Assembly (NCBI GenBank): GCA_048128005.1
Contig: JBEUKZ010000127.1
Location: forward strand, 1-64,000
Length of the DNA stretch: 64,000 bases
Origin: Veleropilina oligotropha
Lineage: Eukaryota
Reading direction: 5' to 3'
The notes under the pieces were generated by a model, which did no database searches, was not told the DNA's origin, and saw only the letters and a list, made by a program, of their open reading frames with translations. Numbering within the stretch: the stretch's first letter is position 1; every line of letters starts with the position of its first letter. Shown piece after piece: positions 25,720 through 40,469 of the stretch. The position numbers were made by a program, and so were the translations under genes.

Positions 25720-27580
25720 ACAATAAGGGCATTTCTATAGCGCTATAAATCCACACCACGAAGGGGCAAAGTGCAACAAACAGTTTAAATATATACATAT
25801 ATAAATAAGCTATGATGAAAGTCAATGAGAATAACGTTGGAACAGAAAAGTTTTTAGTCTTGATTTGAAACTGGATAGAGTCGGAGCTGTCTTTTAAGAG
25901 AGAGGAAGGGGGTTCCATAGCTTGGCCGCAATGTTAGGGAAGGCCTTTCCGCCATAGGTGTCCATCTTGATAGGAGGAACAGAGAGTAGACACTGATGAT
26001 TGGAGCGGGGATTTTTTGAAGATCTGTGCTGGCTAAGAAGGTCTGATGGCGCATTGCCTTGTAAGGTCTGATATACAAGAGACAAGATCTTAAATTCAAT
26101 TCTTTCCGGAACATGAAGCCAGTGCAGTGAACGTAGAATGGGAGAAATACATTCACGAGTTTTAGTACGAGTGACAATACGAGCGGCTTTGTTTTGTATT
26201 TTCTGCAATCTATTGAGTTGTTGTTTTGTTGATCCGGCTAAAACACTATTACAATAGTCCAGTCGCGAAACCACAAGTGACCTGGCTAAAACAGCGACAG
26301 CACCTTGTGTCAGGAGATGACGGATGGCTCCAATATTCCTAAGATGCAAGAACAATTTTTGCATATTTGGTTTATTTTCTGATCCATAGTGACGTTAGAA
26401 TCAATAACAACACCAATGTGTTTAACCATTGGAGAGAAGCTGATGACAGACTGTCCTATGTTTAGATTATCAAGCTGACACTGTTTTAATCGGTGGTTGG
26501 GGGCCAATAATAATAGCTTCAGTTTTTGCATCGTTTAATTTGAGAATGTTTGCATCCATCCACAATTTTACTTCTGTGATACAGTGCTCCATGTTGTCCT
26601 TGGCTGTAACCTGGCTGTCATGTGCGACACTTTAGAGATAAGATGCCCAAGTGTTCCTGTGTATATTGTAAAAAGAATAGGTCCCAAGACTGAGCCTTGT
26701 GGGACACCACACTTCAAGTCCAAAATATCTGAGGCTACTTGATTGATGAGTACTGACTGTGTTCTGGAAGTGAGATATGAAGAGCACCACAGCAATACAG
26801 TGTCGGCCAATCCATATTGCGTTTCTAAACGCTGCATAAGGTTGCCGTGATCTACCGTATCAAATGCCACGAAGAGGCCAAGCAACACAAGCAGAGCCAG
26901 ATGTCCAGAGTCAATATATGTTCGAATATCACTGAGGTCACATGTTAGTGCCGTTTCGGTACTGTGATTAGTACGGTACGCCGACTGATATTTGTCAATC
27001 AATTGATATTTGTCCAAGTGTTCTACCAACTGTTGTTTCACAACCTTCTCCAAAATTTTCGACAAGAAAGATAGATTGGATATTGGGCGGTAATTATTTA
27101 GGGCTTGCCTATCAAATGAAGGCTTCTTGAGGAATGGTTTCAAAACTGCATGCTTAAATGGAGCAGGTACAATTTCTGAGCTCAGACTGAGGTTAATGAT
27201 CTTCGTGATTGATGGTAGAAGCTCATCCATTATTGAGAGAAGAAATTTTGTTGGTACGGGATCCAAAATGCATGATGTGGGCTTAGAAGACGTAATAATA
27301 TTTCTTATGTCACATTGAGATACTTCCTTGAACTGAATCAACTTAGAACCTGTTAAAGTGTTCTGGGAGACGTCATCACAGACTGCCCCTAAACCGTGGC
27401 GTAATTTATCTATCATGTCTGAAAAATATTCGCTGAATTGATTCGCAACCGACACATCATCGCCATGGGGCAGAGTGACATCCAAAGATTTACCTAGTAA
27501 ATGGTTGATTGTGTATTTAGTAATAATATTAGTTGTTTTGTAATGTTGAAGGTTATCTCTAATATTTTTATACATTCTGA
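25720..27580 (-). mobile_element. Degenerate L2-clade LINE (RT region and 3' tail)
   Basis: Frameshifted ORFs contain NYRPISNLSFLSK, HSTETAL, GVPQGSVLGP, SRLDYCNS and SLHWL. The minus-strand tail reads GCGCTATAGAAAT...(TAT)n. Confidence 0.92.
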
Positions 27581-27878
27581 GCAGTCATATATTTAACATG
27601 ACAACCACTCATCCAACCCGTTAGCGTCTATTGACGACATGGAACCGTTATCCTAAAACTGAGTATGTCATCTAGTTATTCTTAAATACAATTGAGATCG
27701 TCGAATTTGTAAAATGGCCGCTATGGTTTCGATTATGAAAATCATGCAATGTTCATGTTTCCAGTATTCCTTCTAGTTGATGGGGCGCATTCTCACGAGA
27801 CTTTAACCGACATACATGAAAGTTAACCGGTCATCGTCTGTAGTTTGTTCATATAAACATCAACTGCCATGCATCCTA

Positions 27879-28195
27879 AATATAACAAGAATGACGCGTT
27901 CGAAATATGTCTTGACCTTTCTTTATTTCCCTCAAATTTTCATAACAGTTAATACAATGGCTAAGTGCAAGTACTTCATGGCTTAATTTACTACCCCGTC
28001 GATTGTGACGTCACCAAATGACGATTAATCTAAGCCGACGTCGTAATGACGTCATTGCCATTTGCTTGCAATATTAGACATCCGTTATATACAAATATGG
28101 ATAAAAGTGCTCAATAAATGCATATTTTTGCAAAATTGTATCGCGAAAGTTATATACACGAGCGTGTAGTTTTCAAATAAATCGACAGATATGTA
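27879..28195 (-). mobile_element. Interspersed repeat (HINE-like), inverted copy of 41990-42345
   Basis: Near-identical reverse complement over ~290 bp. Both copies abut (TA)n. Confidence 0.75.
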
Positions 28196-28241
28196 TATAT
28201 ATATATATATATATAAGTATATAAGTATATAAGTACTTAGC

Positions 28242-31200
28242 CAGGGGCGGATACAGGAATTTCCAAGGGGGGGGGGGTCGGGCTAATCCCATAAAGGGCA
28301 CCCAGGGGCCATGTGATTATCGGAACCCTAAATGAACGGTTGTGCGTTGGGGACCATGGTTCCCCAACGCACAATAACATTTTGGATTCATTTCTACGAA
28401 ACGGCCTCTCCTGCACTCTAAGCGTTTTATTTAATGTGAATCACTTTAGTTTTACGTCCGAGTTTACCAGATTTCAGGGGGGAGCAACTGCCCCCCCCCC
28501 GTCCTCATGGTAGCTACGGCCCTGGCACCACGAAATAAAGCCAAAAGAACATCGATCGAATACGTTTTATGAATGTTCTAGAAAGGTGATAATGATCACA
28601 ACAAATTCAATTCAATTTCAATCGTCAAGAATATTGCGACTGAACATCCGTCTGTTGTTGACTGAAATGAACTCTTTCAGGACGGCATCAGTTTCAATTA
28701 TCAGTTCCTGATGCAAATTCATCAAACACAGTCCTGAGAGGCGCTCTTCGCCAATTCTGTTGCGGATGTAGGTCTTGACTCTCCGGAAACACGAGAACGA
28801 GCGTTCAGCCCCGGCACTGCCGACTGGAAGTGTGCATCCAACTCTCAGTAATGCAGATATATTGGGGAATATATCTGGATCTATCTTCGTCAAACAGTCG
28901 ATGTAGTTTTCTGGCCGTTGGTCCTCGGAAGTGGTATTCCAGCTGTGCCGCAATTCTTTCATCTCGCTCTTTAGTGCGGTTGGTGTCGGCATATCCCTCC
29001 CTCAAAAACGGAGAGACTTCTAAGACTCTTCCAATTATGTGTTGCTCATTTTTGCAATGATCACAGGGACTAATGCGAAAATCTCAGCGCATGTCCTGTT
29101 TTCCACGCTGAAGCGTCTGTTCATTTGGACCAGCAGATGGTCTAGGAAGGGCATTTGGACATTTCTCAGGAAATACGACTCCGGCGTGTCGGCTGGGGAA
29201 TTATCGTGGTGACATTATCTCCCGACGATGCGCGGCATGGACACAGTGCCCCCAACGTTCGCGCATAGCAGCTTTGCCGCAGTGAATATGTCTTGAAACT
29301 CTGAATCAACATCATCACGCATCCGTTGTATTCTTAAAATTGTGCTGTCGATAAGAAAGTATGCCATATAGGCATCCATGTCACTTTTCTGGAGCTTTGA
29401 CGCGAGTCCTTTCACCGTTTCCAAAGTGTTCTTCACTGACAGAAACGCAACAATGAAAGCAAATGATCTCACTGTGTGCAAAAGTCCCTGAGCTTTGACT
29501 CTAGTGTCACGATCCCATTTCCAGTTTTCTCCGTCGCAAATGCCATCATGTTGGGTTGGATATAAAATGGCATCCAAGCACAAACATACAGCTTCATACA
29601 GTTCATGGAGTGTATCATAACATGTATGGCGTTCAACCCATCGTGTCTTGCAAAGACCTTGCAATTTGATTTTGACGAAGAGTTCTGCGATGCGGCGATA
29701 GTCGTTTCAAGAAATCGCTGTCGTTTCGGCGAGTTGTCAAAAAATAGAAAACATTCATTGACTGAATCGATCATATTCCGAACAGCTGGAATTTGACATG
29801 CCGCGGCAATACTCAAATTGAGCACGTGACTCTTGCAGTGTGTATACAGGGCAAGAGGGGCGATTGCCTTGATGCGACCATGAACACCAGTTCCTTCCGA
29901 TGACATACATGATGCTCCATCATATGATTGCCCACGGCATTTCGTCACATCAACGCCTTGTTTCTTCAGTGATTGTAAAATGCCGTTACATATGGATTCG
30001 CCTGTTGTTCTATCCAGAAAGTGAAAATCGAAGAATCTCTCTTCGATTGTATGTCTCTCATTAACGTATCGGAGGCAGATAGTCAGAACCTCCTGATTCG
30101 CGTACTGATCAGTGACCTCATCAGCCATGATTGAGAAAACAGCACAGTCAGACTGGAGGCAGGCAACGAGTTTACGACGGATTTGACGACCGATTATCTC
30201 GATCAGCTCGTTTTGGATTGTATTCGATGTATAGGGTGCGTTCCTATTTCCTATTTCCAAATGGGCTTGGAGAATGTCGTCATGAGCAGCGATGAGTTCC
30301 AATATGGCACGGAAATTACCACGATTTTGTGAAGTGCTAGTGTTGTCGTCTCTGTGACCTCTCAATGCAATATTCTGTCGCCCACAAAGTAGAACTGTCT
30401 GGATTATTGACTGTAAAATATGGATGTTTGCTTCGTATAGCCTTTTCCTTTGTTCAGACATTGCACATTCAATCGAAGCAGGGTCGTTGACAGTCATCAT
30501 AAGTTTTCTAGACGAGTCCACTGCTTCTTTGTGGAACTGAAGTTGATGATGTTTGTCAAGAATGCCGTGATCTCCCCCTTTGGCTTTTTTATAATCCTGG
30601 AATGGTCGATCCACCAGTTGTCCAGGGACCACTTTCGGGTTTTTCGGAGGGAAGAGAACGCAGTATTTACATAGTCCACCCTCCAATAATGGACTGTAAA
30701 CTAGCCAGGAATATTGTTTCAACCAATTGTATTGGAAAGTCAGTTTCTTCACGTCGCTATTTTCAACCTTCTTGAAAATGAACTGCTTATGAAACATGTA
30801 AGTCGTGCTCGGCTTGAAGTGATTGTTCAGAGTATACATTTTCTCCTCTACGTTGAGGCGGTCACCGGTACCTTTTGAAACCACTTCCCCCAGGTCAACA
30901 ATACCCATCATCGTCATCGTAGTGACATCAGAAGATTTGGAATTAGCGGAAGAGTTACCGACAGGTTCCACAGTTGCATCAGAGCCGCTAGGAGTGACCG
31001 ACGAATGCGCGACAGGCTCCACAGTTCCATCAGAGCCGCTAGGAGTGACCGACGAGTGGGCAACAGGTTCCTCTGTTCCATCATAGCCGCTAGGAGTGAC
31101 CGACGAGTGCGTAGCTGTAGCAGTCGCTTGACGAGACGATCTGTAACGAAAATGGTGTATAATAGTTTATAATATGCACTCACCATATAAGAACTGACAA

Positions 31201-32360
31201 CTTCAAGAGGCCTATCTCCGCATGCACACTCGAAAATCTTTTTCCCACTCAGAAACGCTTCTAAATAGAGATGTTTTTGTTATACTCAGTCTTGGAATCC
31301 AATCACTTAATTTCCCCAACTCAGCATAATTTTGATTTATTTATTATATGATTCCGTGAATTTACGTCGTAATAACCCTATAGTATAGATATTTTATTTC
31401 TTGATCAAATAACTGTTGCAATCTTAGCATAGAGTACGTGCAATGACGTCACATCAGTATGATGTATCATAGGGTTGGAAAACCGTATCACGAGCTAGCA
31501 AATCCGAATCACCGCCGCATTTAAATTTGTACTGAGTTAGTAAATTTCATGTTTCAGCTTCAACAACGATATGCCTTGGAATGAATTTTGCCTTACCTGA
31601 ATAGGTCCTCGATTTTGGAGCATTTTGCCGCTATATTAACTTTCTCATTCGCCAATCGCTTCTGATGTCTCTCACGTCTCGACATAATGACGACGGATGG
31701 ACACTCATTAAACTTCAAGTCAGCACTATAAACCAGCCTTGGAAATTCCACTTCTACACAAAATTGGTCTCCAATTTGCATTGTACACATTTTTGTAAAT
31801 TGAAGGATGCAAATGCAAATGATGAGTTCATGACATGGTTGTATATTCCGAATGTGGCGAGGCGGGATTTCGTTAATTAAAGACTCGAACCTTGTCAGTG
31901 ACTGAGTCATTTCTTATTATGTATGTTCTTCATATTATGATTGGAAAATTGCGTGCTAAGATTAACAGACAATAGCGGCGTTTAGATTTTGTTTTATCAG
32001 AATCAAAGGACGGCCAACACAGAGAAAGAAAAAAATCCGTTATCGTAGGCGCATTTCCCACATGTTTAGCCTGGAGATGATATTAAGTTGGAGGTTGAAT
32101 AACAAATATATCAACTTTTTAAGTGAAAATACTGCTCCAAGCGGGTGGCGTTGAGATTCTGGGAGGAAAGTTTTAATGCATATGCTTTAAGAAACGGTTC
32201 CTTAAAATAACCCTATGCCCCTAACTACACATATAGGTGTATGGATTTTATTACTTTGAGTTTTTAATTTTGTTTAATGTCAGAGGCAAAAGGGCACTTG
32301 GTCCGTCAAGGGGGGTGGTCCGGCCCCCACGGACCCCCCCCCCCCCTGGATCCGCCCTTG
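28242..32360 (-). mobile_element. hAT DNA transposon
   Basis: TIRs CAGGGGCGGATACAGG / CCTGGATCCGCCCTTG with poly-G/C subterminal runs, enclosing a hAT transposase. Confidence 0.8.
28618..31685 (-). pseudogene. hAT transposase (DUF4371/ZMYM1-like with dimerisation domain), frameshifted; exons 31685-31597 and 31140-28618
   Basis: Motifs QNIALRGH, GNFRAIL, IQNELI, IMADE, QSYDGA, HCKSHVLNL, TRW and AERSFS. An in-phase GT-AG intron spans 31141-31596. Frameshift near 29660 and stops near 29000-29215. Confidence 0.9.
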
Positions 32361-32449
32361 CTTATCCATCTTGTTATTGATAATTTAACATAGTAAATAT
32401 ATATGTTGTTCTATGACATAATGTACGTTAGATAGACGGCTTCATCATG

Positions 32450-34827
32450 AGCATAGCAGTGCTATTAAATGGTGGTGGACAAGAATAAATGTACCTCCAG
32501 AATGTTGAGAGCATGCAAGTCTATATTCACTGAGTGCTTGGTTTGATCTTCCTATAGTTCATCATCCGTTGATTCACCATCATCTGCATCATCCATATAT
32601 GGTGAAGTTATTGGGATTACGACAAGTTTGATGGCAGGCGCATCCAATAGACCATTCAATGTTATTTTAGAAGCATGTGAAGTACGATGATGTGCAACTC
32701 GGTGTTTTACGCCCAAATATTAACAGCTCTAAGATTAACAGCTCTCTGCATGATATGGGACTGGGTCGAGTGTCGTGTACAAAGGCTGTAACTTGTTCGA
32801 CTCATGGACTGTCCACATCCACTGGTCTGTTGTTGGTAGTTTCGGCTTAGAGCAACATGACTGTTCCCATATTGTTGTTTGATACCGAGGCTCGGATTGG
32901 ATCGGGAAAGCCAGCCCCCTCTCGGCCCTCTCCGGTCAGACTTCAGAGTCGGAACTCGACACCACACGTCTACCGAAACGGTCATTTTTTTATGCCGAGC
33001 CAGTCTGGGATGCGATATGAGTGAGTGAGTTTTAGGAGGGGAGGGGGGGGGGTTCTCATGGTCGCTGATTCCGTGAAGCATCTACTCTCGTACATCGTCG
33101 ATAGAAATGGCACTGGATTTGTAACTAAACAACTCCATTACAAGAGATTCAGTCTATGAAGTAAGGTGTTTTCCGAATCACTGAAACTTTCCAATAGTAG
33201 TGACACGTCATCATAAGCATTTCATGTAGACTTTTTTCTCATTTTCAGACTTTTAGAATCACATCCTGTTATTGAATGAATTGGTGGTCACAATATCTGT
33301 TTGCAGATATTGGCGCACCTTGTGTACTGATATGTACTTGCGCTTCTTTGAGTGTCCATCATCCATCTACACTAATAATGTAGTTTCATAATGTATGAAT
33401 ACCACAAGAACATCAGTGTCTTGGCTCTGTACAACATATCATATTAGGCCATGGACCAAGTATGGTTTTTCTGCATTCCCCCACAACCCTCCGACCCCGT
33501 GTTTTTCTGGACCATTGGGGTCCCCTTAGGTGTAAATGAACTGGTAACAGTGAATAAACTGGGACGCACTATCCATTTGGGACCCATATTTGATGGTACA
33601 TCAAAGCATCGACTTTTTTGTCGCTGTTGCGTCATATTCAACACTCTTGTTCTTTTCAGTTTCTAAAGTGGATAATATTGTTCCTTAGCAAAACTGTATA
33701 CATCAATAGAAAGCTGGTCAACTACTGACCATCATAAAATATTCATATTGCAGATTTAAGGGATTATTAGTTGTCAAAACTAGGGTTCAATGGTAGTACC
33801 CCACCCCCTTTTTCATCGTAACGGAATGGACCAAAATATTTCAGATTTTACAAGTTATATATATATATATATAATAAGAGTACATAGCCCGAAATACACG
33901 AATAAATAGTTTTCTAGCATTCTACATTATCCCAGCTTTCATTTGATACCAGAAACATCCCCATAGCTTCCAAATACTATTTGATACAGCATCTCAAAGA
34001 TACCACTGGTTCATCAAAAATGGACACTTGATGCCACAATTTTCATTTCCCTAACAGCTTCTGCTGCAAACTAGATTAGAACTGCACATATGTCTTATTA
34101 AATTTAATTATATTATTGATTTTTTAGTGAAAGGACCAGGTATGGTGTAAGTGTACCCCCTCCCCTCCACATACCCCCCACCCACCCCAGATTTTTCTGG
34201 ATTGGGATTGAATAGCGGAACCCCACTTTTTCATTGTAAACTCATGCTTCAGTAATGAGCTCAGGTCCAGATACTCTTAGAAGACTTCTGGGGAGGTCAA
34301 CGTCTGCTTTGATGCCCTTCGTTATTCGTCCAGTTGTTACGTGCGCATTGCAAAGTGATGAATCTGTTCGTGATTTGTTCTTCACTTCGGCATCGTGGAA
34401 TTGCTTAGCTGCTTGGGTGATTATAAAAAATGTCCAACATTCACAACAGTAACGGCTGATAAGGGTTAGCCTTGTTATCTTAATTTGCAACGTCATTTGT
34501 TGGTATACATATCGGGTCTATTGTATCTTGCTTGATTGACTTGAAGCTGCCATGTTGCTTCTCAATCTTCTTCTGAAGACGCCGATGTTCCACATATTTA
34601 CTGGCTTGATCGGGGGCACTCTTGGACTGTCTGGCTTTGATACGTATTTGATCAATAATTCGTGCCATATCACTGCAGATGAGCATCCAGCGATCAAGTG
34701 CGGATATCGTTCGTGTTATGCCGTCTAGACCATCAGATACATTGTATAACTTGTTGATCTGTTTCAATGCTTGGTCTATGAACAGTTGGTAGAATGCCCC
34801 CTCTAACTTTTTGACGCTGAAGTTGTC
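32450..34827 (-). mobile_element. Academ-like transposase remnants
   Basis: Minus-strand fragments DQALKQINK..GITR..ALDRW (34480-34845), DTDV and SITGCDS (~33255-33425). Highly decayed. Confidence 0.5.
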
Positions 34828-36505
34828 AGCTAAGGCTTTCGACACAATAGATCACAACATCTTAATTAATAAGTTAGATCATTATGGGATAAGAGGATTG
34901 CCGAATATGTGGTTCAAAAGCTATCTAAAAAATAGAACACAACGAGTTAAATTATATTCAGAACCCTCAAATGGAAATATACATTCTGAATTCATGGTAA
35001 ATGAATATGGAGTCCCTCAAGGATCGGTACTGGGCCCTCTACTGTTTTTGATTTATGTTAACGATCTGAATAAATGCCTGAAATTTCTGAAAATAATTAA
35101 CTTTGCCGACGATACCACAGCTTTTATCAGTAATTCAAACAAGGGAATATTATATAAATGTGTAACAGAAGAATTAAATCTGATATCTGAATGGTTCAAA
35201 TGTAACAAACTATCTCTGAACACTAACAAAAGTAACTATATCTTATTTAAATGGAATACTAATGATGATGCAGGCATTAACTGCGATATAAAGATCGACA
35301 ATATTGCAATTTCTCAAGTAAAATCAACAAAATTCCTAGGGCTAATAATTGACGAACATCTCAATTGGATAGAGCATTCTAAACAAATCCAAAATAAGTT
35401 ACTAAGAAATATATACAGCCTTAGGTGTTGTAAGAACAAACTCCCAACGTGTACTAAGAGAACACTATACTTTAGTCTCGTTCATAGTCACCTAACGTAC
35501 GGGTTATTAGTTTGGGGACCTATGCTTAATCAACGTCAGTTAAAAAAATTATTCACGCTTCAAAAGAAAAGTATTAGACTTGTGTCAAACGTAAAGTACA
35601 ATTTCCCAAGCAACGAAATATTTAAGCGACTAAACATACTAAAACTTCATGATTTGATCGAATTAGATTTGTACAAAATGGGTTATAAGCATAAAAACAA
35701 AATGTTACCACTTGCTCTGGAAAACATCTTCACAACTAATTCTCAGATTCATCAATATAACACAAGAAATAGACACAATCCAATAATTCAACGTCATTCT
35801 AAATCAATATTCAATCGTAGCTTATTGTGTAAAATGCCTTCTTCATGGGGAAATCTACAGCCTAATATAAGAAATATTGTTACCCTTAAGGCATTCACTA
35901 AAAAAATTATAGAAATTAAAACTAACAATTACTAAAACAGTTTGGGAAAAAAATTTGGCTTAGACACTGTCTATCTCAATATATTATGTAAATAAATGTT
36001 TATGTATATATTTTGCCCATGTATTTATTTGTTTCTTTATTAATAGGTATAATAGTATTAACTCATTTAATATAATGTTTCATAATTGCATCAGTATTGT
36101 ATTGTTTACTAATATGTACGTTCACCATGTCTTATTTTTACAAATAGTTAACTTTATATTTATTTATTTGGAAGTGGAGATGCAGTGTTCGACTGACTGT
36201 AATGTAATGTAATGTGTTGTCACCCCCCCCCCCCCCCCCTCTTCTTCATGCTTTATGTCTAGTCTATCCATGTATATGTTGATTATGATATTATATGTAT
36301 TATGTTTGTAAATGTATGTGAATTTTCCATTATTTTCTCATATTAATATATTAACCTTTAATTTAATTATAGGGTGACACTACCTTTCGAGGAACAGTCT
36401 TTATTGACTCAAGTGTCATCCTTCTTTCCAATTGTATATATATATCTCATATTTCTGTATCACTTTTTTTCATTGGAAAGAAAATAAACATCTATCTATC
36501 TATCT
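34828..36505 (+). mobile_element. 5'-truncated LINE (Crack/Daphne-like, L2 group) with intact 374-aa RT C-terminal half, 3' UTR and (TCTA)n tail
   Basis: KAFDTIDH..KLDHYGIRG, GVPQGSVLGPLLFLIYVND, FADDT and KFLG. AATAAA at ~36483 followed by (TCTA)4. Confidence 0.9.
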
Positions 36506-37479
36506 AGCTGCAAACTCTCTGTAGATGACTAGTGATGTTTGTGCGAGATCCTTCATAGCTTCAGTATGTTCATATATTGCTATCAGCACCTGTAACGTTA
36601 TCAATCAATCATAATATTTTAAATAATGCTTACGATATGTCATCTGCCGATTTCCAAATGGAAATTGGTATAGAGAGCATTTCGCATAGGTTATCCTCCT
36701 TGTAATGGAGACATGTAGACATAATTGCATTTTAAATTAGATTTTGAGGAAAATTGTCAATAAAGTAAAATTTAGCCTCAGTATTAGGCACTGAACTACT
36801 TATGTAGTTATTGAAAATAAAGATGCAAATGTGCATAAAATTTGTCTGAAAAATAAAATGGCACTTTTTAACTTAAATTTATCTCATAACACTGCGAAGA
36901 CATTTATAATAATGTATTTATGCTCTTTCGCACAAAGTTATGGTGGCCATTTTGGATTTCAATTTTAACACGCTCTGTATGATTCATAATTCCAAATTTA
37001 TTTATCATTCTATGAGCATCTTACTTCCAAAATACTAATAAAAGACATTGTTGTATATTGGCCATTGCACAAGAAACAAGTGCAAGTATTTTATTATGAA
37101 ACGGTCCCGATAAGAGTTGGTCCAATAATATGTATTTGAACGGCCTTATAGATGCCAATAATCATCCAATAATCATTACTTTCGTCCACGTAATAGTCAT
37201 TCTTTCACATTCATAATTATTTATGACCTCCTGACCTCCTGCTGTCTTGCAATCATACCCTTGAACGTACTGTAGCGAATGAATAACGGGGAAAGGTAGA
37301 GAGTTAGCGAATCATTTGTGCCGTTGGCGACAAATATCGTTTTGTTTTGATGGCAGTGGATTCTTGAACGATATAGGATTTAGTTTCCTTTCCGCCGCTC
37401 TCTTTCAAATCATTTCCTTCAGTGAAGCTTTCTTGGTGTAGGTATCAAATATAGATCGCATTTGACAATATCATCGAGC

Positions 37480-39948
37480 CTCTGAGTAAATGATAGCGAC
37501 GAAGTTTTGAAATTCTCGAATGGCATCAACTACTATACTACTGCCATTATAGCAACCACAAGAGACGTCTCCGATCCATCATCAAACTAGGCTGTGCAGA
37601 AACATTATCAATGTGCTCTTGCCCATAGAAGGATTACTAGAGAATAATAATGTTGTTGGTACAGACAAAGATCTCAATCACTTCTCTCATATTCGCTCTC
37701 TCTATGCGGATGGATAATAATCAGTATTGTGGTAAATATTGTCTCTGATTTGGTCGCCTTCAAAATCAACACCAATGATCTTATCTGTAATTTAATGCAT
37801 TTTGCAGCAAATGTGCATATCCTCTGCAAAATTGTCACTCTCCATGATGCGGCTCACTACAAACGTTTAGCAAGCTTTCGTGTAAGTGTTATATGTTGCT
37901 AGGGTCCTTTGTTGAACTTAGTCAGGGATGGTCACCTTTGACATTAATTTCAATATGCAACCTTTAGAGTCAGACTAGAGAACGGTGGAAGACAAGATGA
38001 GCGGAACTAAATCCTACATTGTCCAAGACTCAATACGCATCAAAGGCATCAGCAGCACAAAATAATTTCCAACTTTCTACCTTCTTGTCAGCTCATCCGT
38101 TACCGCACCGTCAAGCTTAAGGTCATGACTGCAACACAACAGGAGGCCGTGACGAATTATGAATGAAAAACAATGGTCGCAGTCAGCACACAGGCAGATG
38201 CAGATACTAATATCTTCGGAATATCTTCACAAGACACAGATGTGCTTCTTTTGGTTCTACGAAAAACACCACTACTTGGCAACCATTCTACGTTAATCAT
38301 GGGCACAAGCGAAAGACAATGCAAAGTATTCCTACAGCCTTTATATGACAAGGTTTATCACGATAAATCGGCAGCTTTGATCAACTGGCATTCGCTCACA
38401 GGTTGCAATATAACAGAACATATCCAAAGAAAGTGAAAGAAGTGATGCTCTGAAACTTTCCTGAGGGTATGTCAATCTATTATGATAGCAAGGCCACTTC
38501 GACATTCGTGTGGTTTCGGTTGTGGACTATGAAATATCACTGGCTTGAAAAGTATTGGGTTCAAACATCGGCATGGAGGGCGGGTTTCCCCGGGGGACCG
38601 GGCTTTCCTCCAGCGATAATATTGACATATCCTGCTTTGAACCAAATGATGATTGGAAATATACAGGACATTAAGCATCGATCCTATCCTTATCAAGGTT
38701 TATCACGAGAAATCGGCAGCTTTAATCAACTGGCATTCGCTCACAGGTTGCAATATAACAGAACATCCAAAGAAAGTGAAAGAAGTGATGCTCTGCAACT
38801 TTCCTGAGGGTATGTCCAGCTATTATGATAGCAAGGCCACTTCGACAGTCGTGTGGTTTCGGTTGTGGACTATGAAATATCACTGGCTTGAAAAGTATTG
38901 GGTTCAAACATCGGCATGGAGGGCGGGTTTCCCCGGGGAACCGGGCTTTCCTCCAGCGATAATATTGACATATCCTGCTTTGAACCAAATGATGATTGGA
39001 AATATACAGGACATTAAGCATCGATCCTATCCTTATCATTATGTAGGATTGTGCAGTGGTGCAGCTCGGCATATGTAACCGTGAGAAACCGAAGGGTTCG
39101 ATTTGAATCGATTTGAATCAATTTAGATTTACAATCAAATTTTAACAATTTATCAGCTGTGTTTGTCGTTGGGGCCTCGGTTTAACGTCTATACCTGATA
39201 TACGGATACTACAGGTATGCAATGAAGACGAGAAATCCAGTGACAAATTCTCGACACACTCGGAATTGAACTCAGAGACGTGGCCCAGAATCATAACCAC
39301 CAAGCTCCAGCCTCCCCCAAAGGGTTAGAGAAGGTACATTACACAACCAATGATTCCCAAAGGTCTATAGAAATAGAATGACAATAATTATTAAAAAACG
39401 TGTAATGAGAGTCGTTGACACATGATCTATACAAGTAGCATTTTCGTACCTTTAAAATACTTATTCATCTTCAAAATCTGTATTATTTCTATTAAATGTT
39501 TTGGAGGATTGGTCACGAGTACAGCAATCAAAAATTTATTGTTATTTTTGGAATTACCATATTCGAAAACATATGTTTATGTTCGTATTGGTTCAAAAGT
39601 TATGGAATTTTACATAAAAATGCCTGAAGAATTGCGGCCTTCTTGGATTTTTGCTAATTTATGGAATCTTTTAGTACTGATATTTTGTTTTCAATGAATT
39701 GTGTACCCCTTTATATATGAATTTAGATAATATAAAATAAATATTGTTTGATATTTGAATGAATAGTTATGGTTAATTGACAATTATTTTGGTGGCGGCC
39801 ATTTTTAAATACAAAATGGCAGTCATAAATCTTATTTAAAAAACTGGCACCCATTGTTTTCTTAATCAGTGAGGTATTTAGATGAGTTTAAACATGGTTG
39901 CAAAGAATCTACCCAAAGTTTTGTTTTTTTACATAATCCCACAGACTA
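37480..39948 (+). mobile_element. Second Academ-like remnant, with possible terminus TAATCCCACAGACTA
   Basis: QADADT..SQDTDVLLL..AALINWHSLTGC (38173-38436) resembles the Academ transposase C-terminal region. A CTA-ending terminus lies at 39948. Confidence 0.45.
38349..39038. repeat. 345-bp tandem duplication, each copy containing a SINE-A-related segment
   Basis: CAAGGTTTATCACGA..CCTATCCTTATCA occurs at 38349 and 38694. Confidence 0.92.
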
Positions 39949-40469
39949 TTGGTTCAAAACTACCGAAAAATATACCAACAACAACTAAACGTTCTACAGA
40001 TTATCATAGAGACAATTAGCAAAATTCGTTATTTTTTATCCCCATGCGAAAGCAATATTAAACTTAAAAAATGAGAACAGCTCGGGCTTTAACAATATTA
40101 GTAACATACTGTAGTTTAAAAAATAATAACTCCATAAACAAACCTCTAACCATAATATTTAATAAATCAATTGAAACAGGAGTATTCCCCAGGCTCATGA
40201 AATATGCTGAGGTTATTCCAATCAAAGGAATAGATTCCTTTCAACAAATGATATTCTCTATCAAAGTCAGTATGGTTTTCGATAAAAAATCACAGCACTA
40301 TTGATGCTATTATTAAACTTATCAGTGCGGTTAGGAACGGCATTGAATAAAAGATACTCTTGCGATATTTTTATATTTATCAAAGGCATTTGACACTATC
40401 GATCACACAATACTACTCTCTAAATGAGATCATTACGGTATAAGAGGGCTACCAAACATGTGGTTCAAT

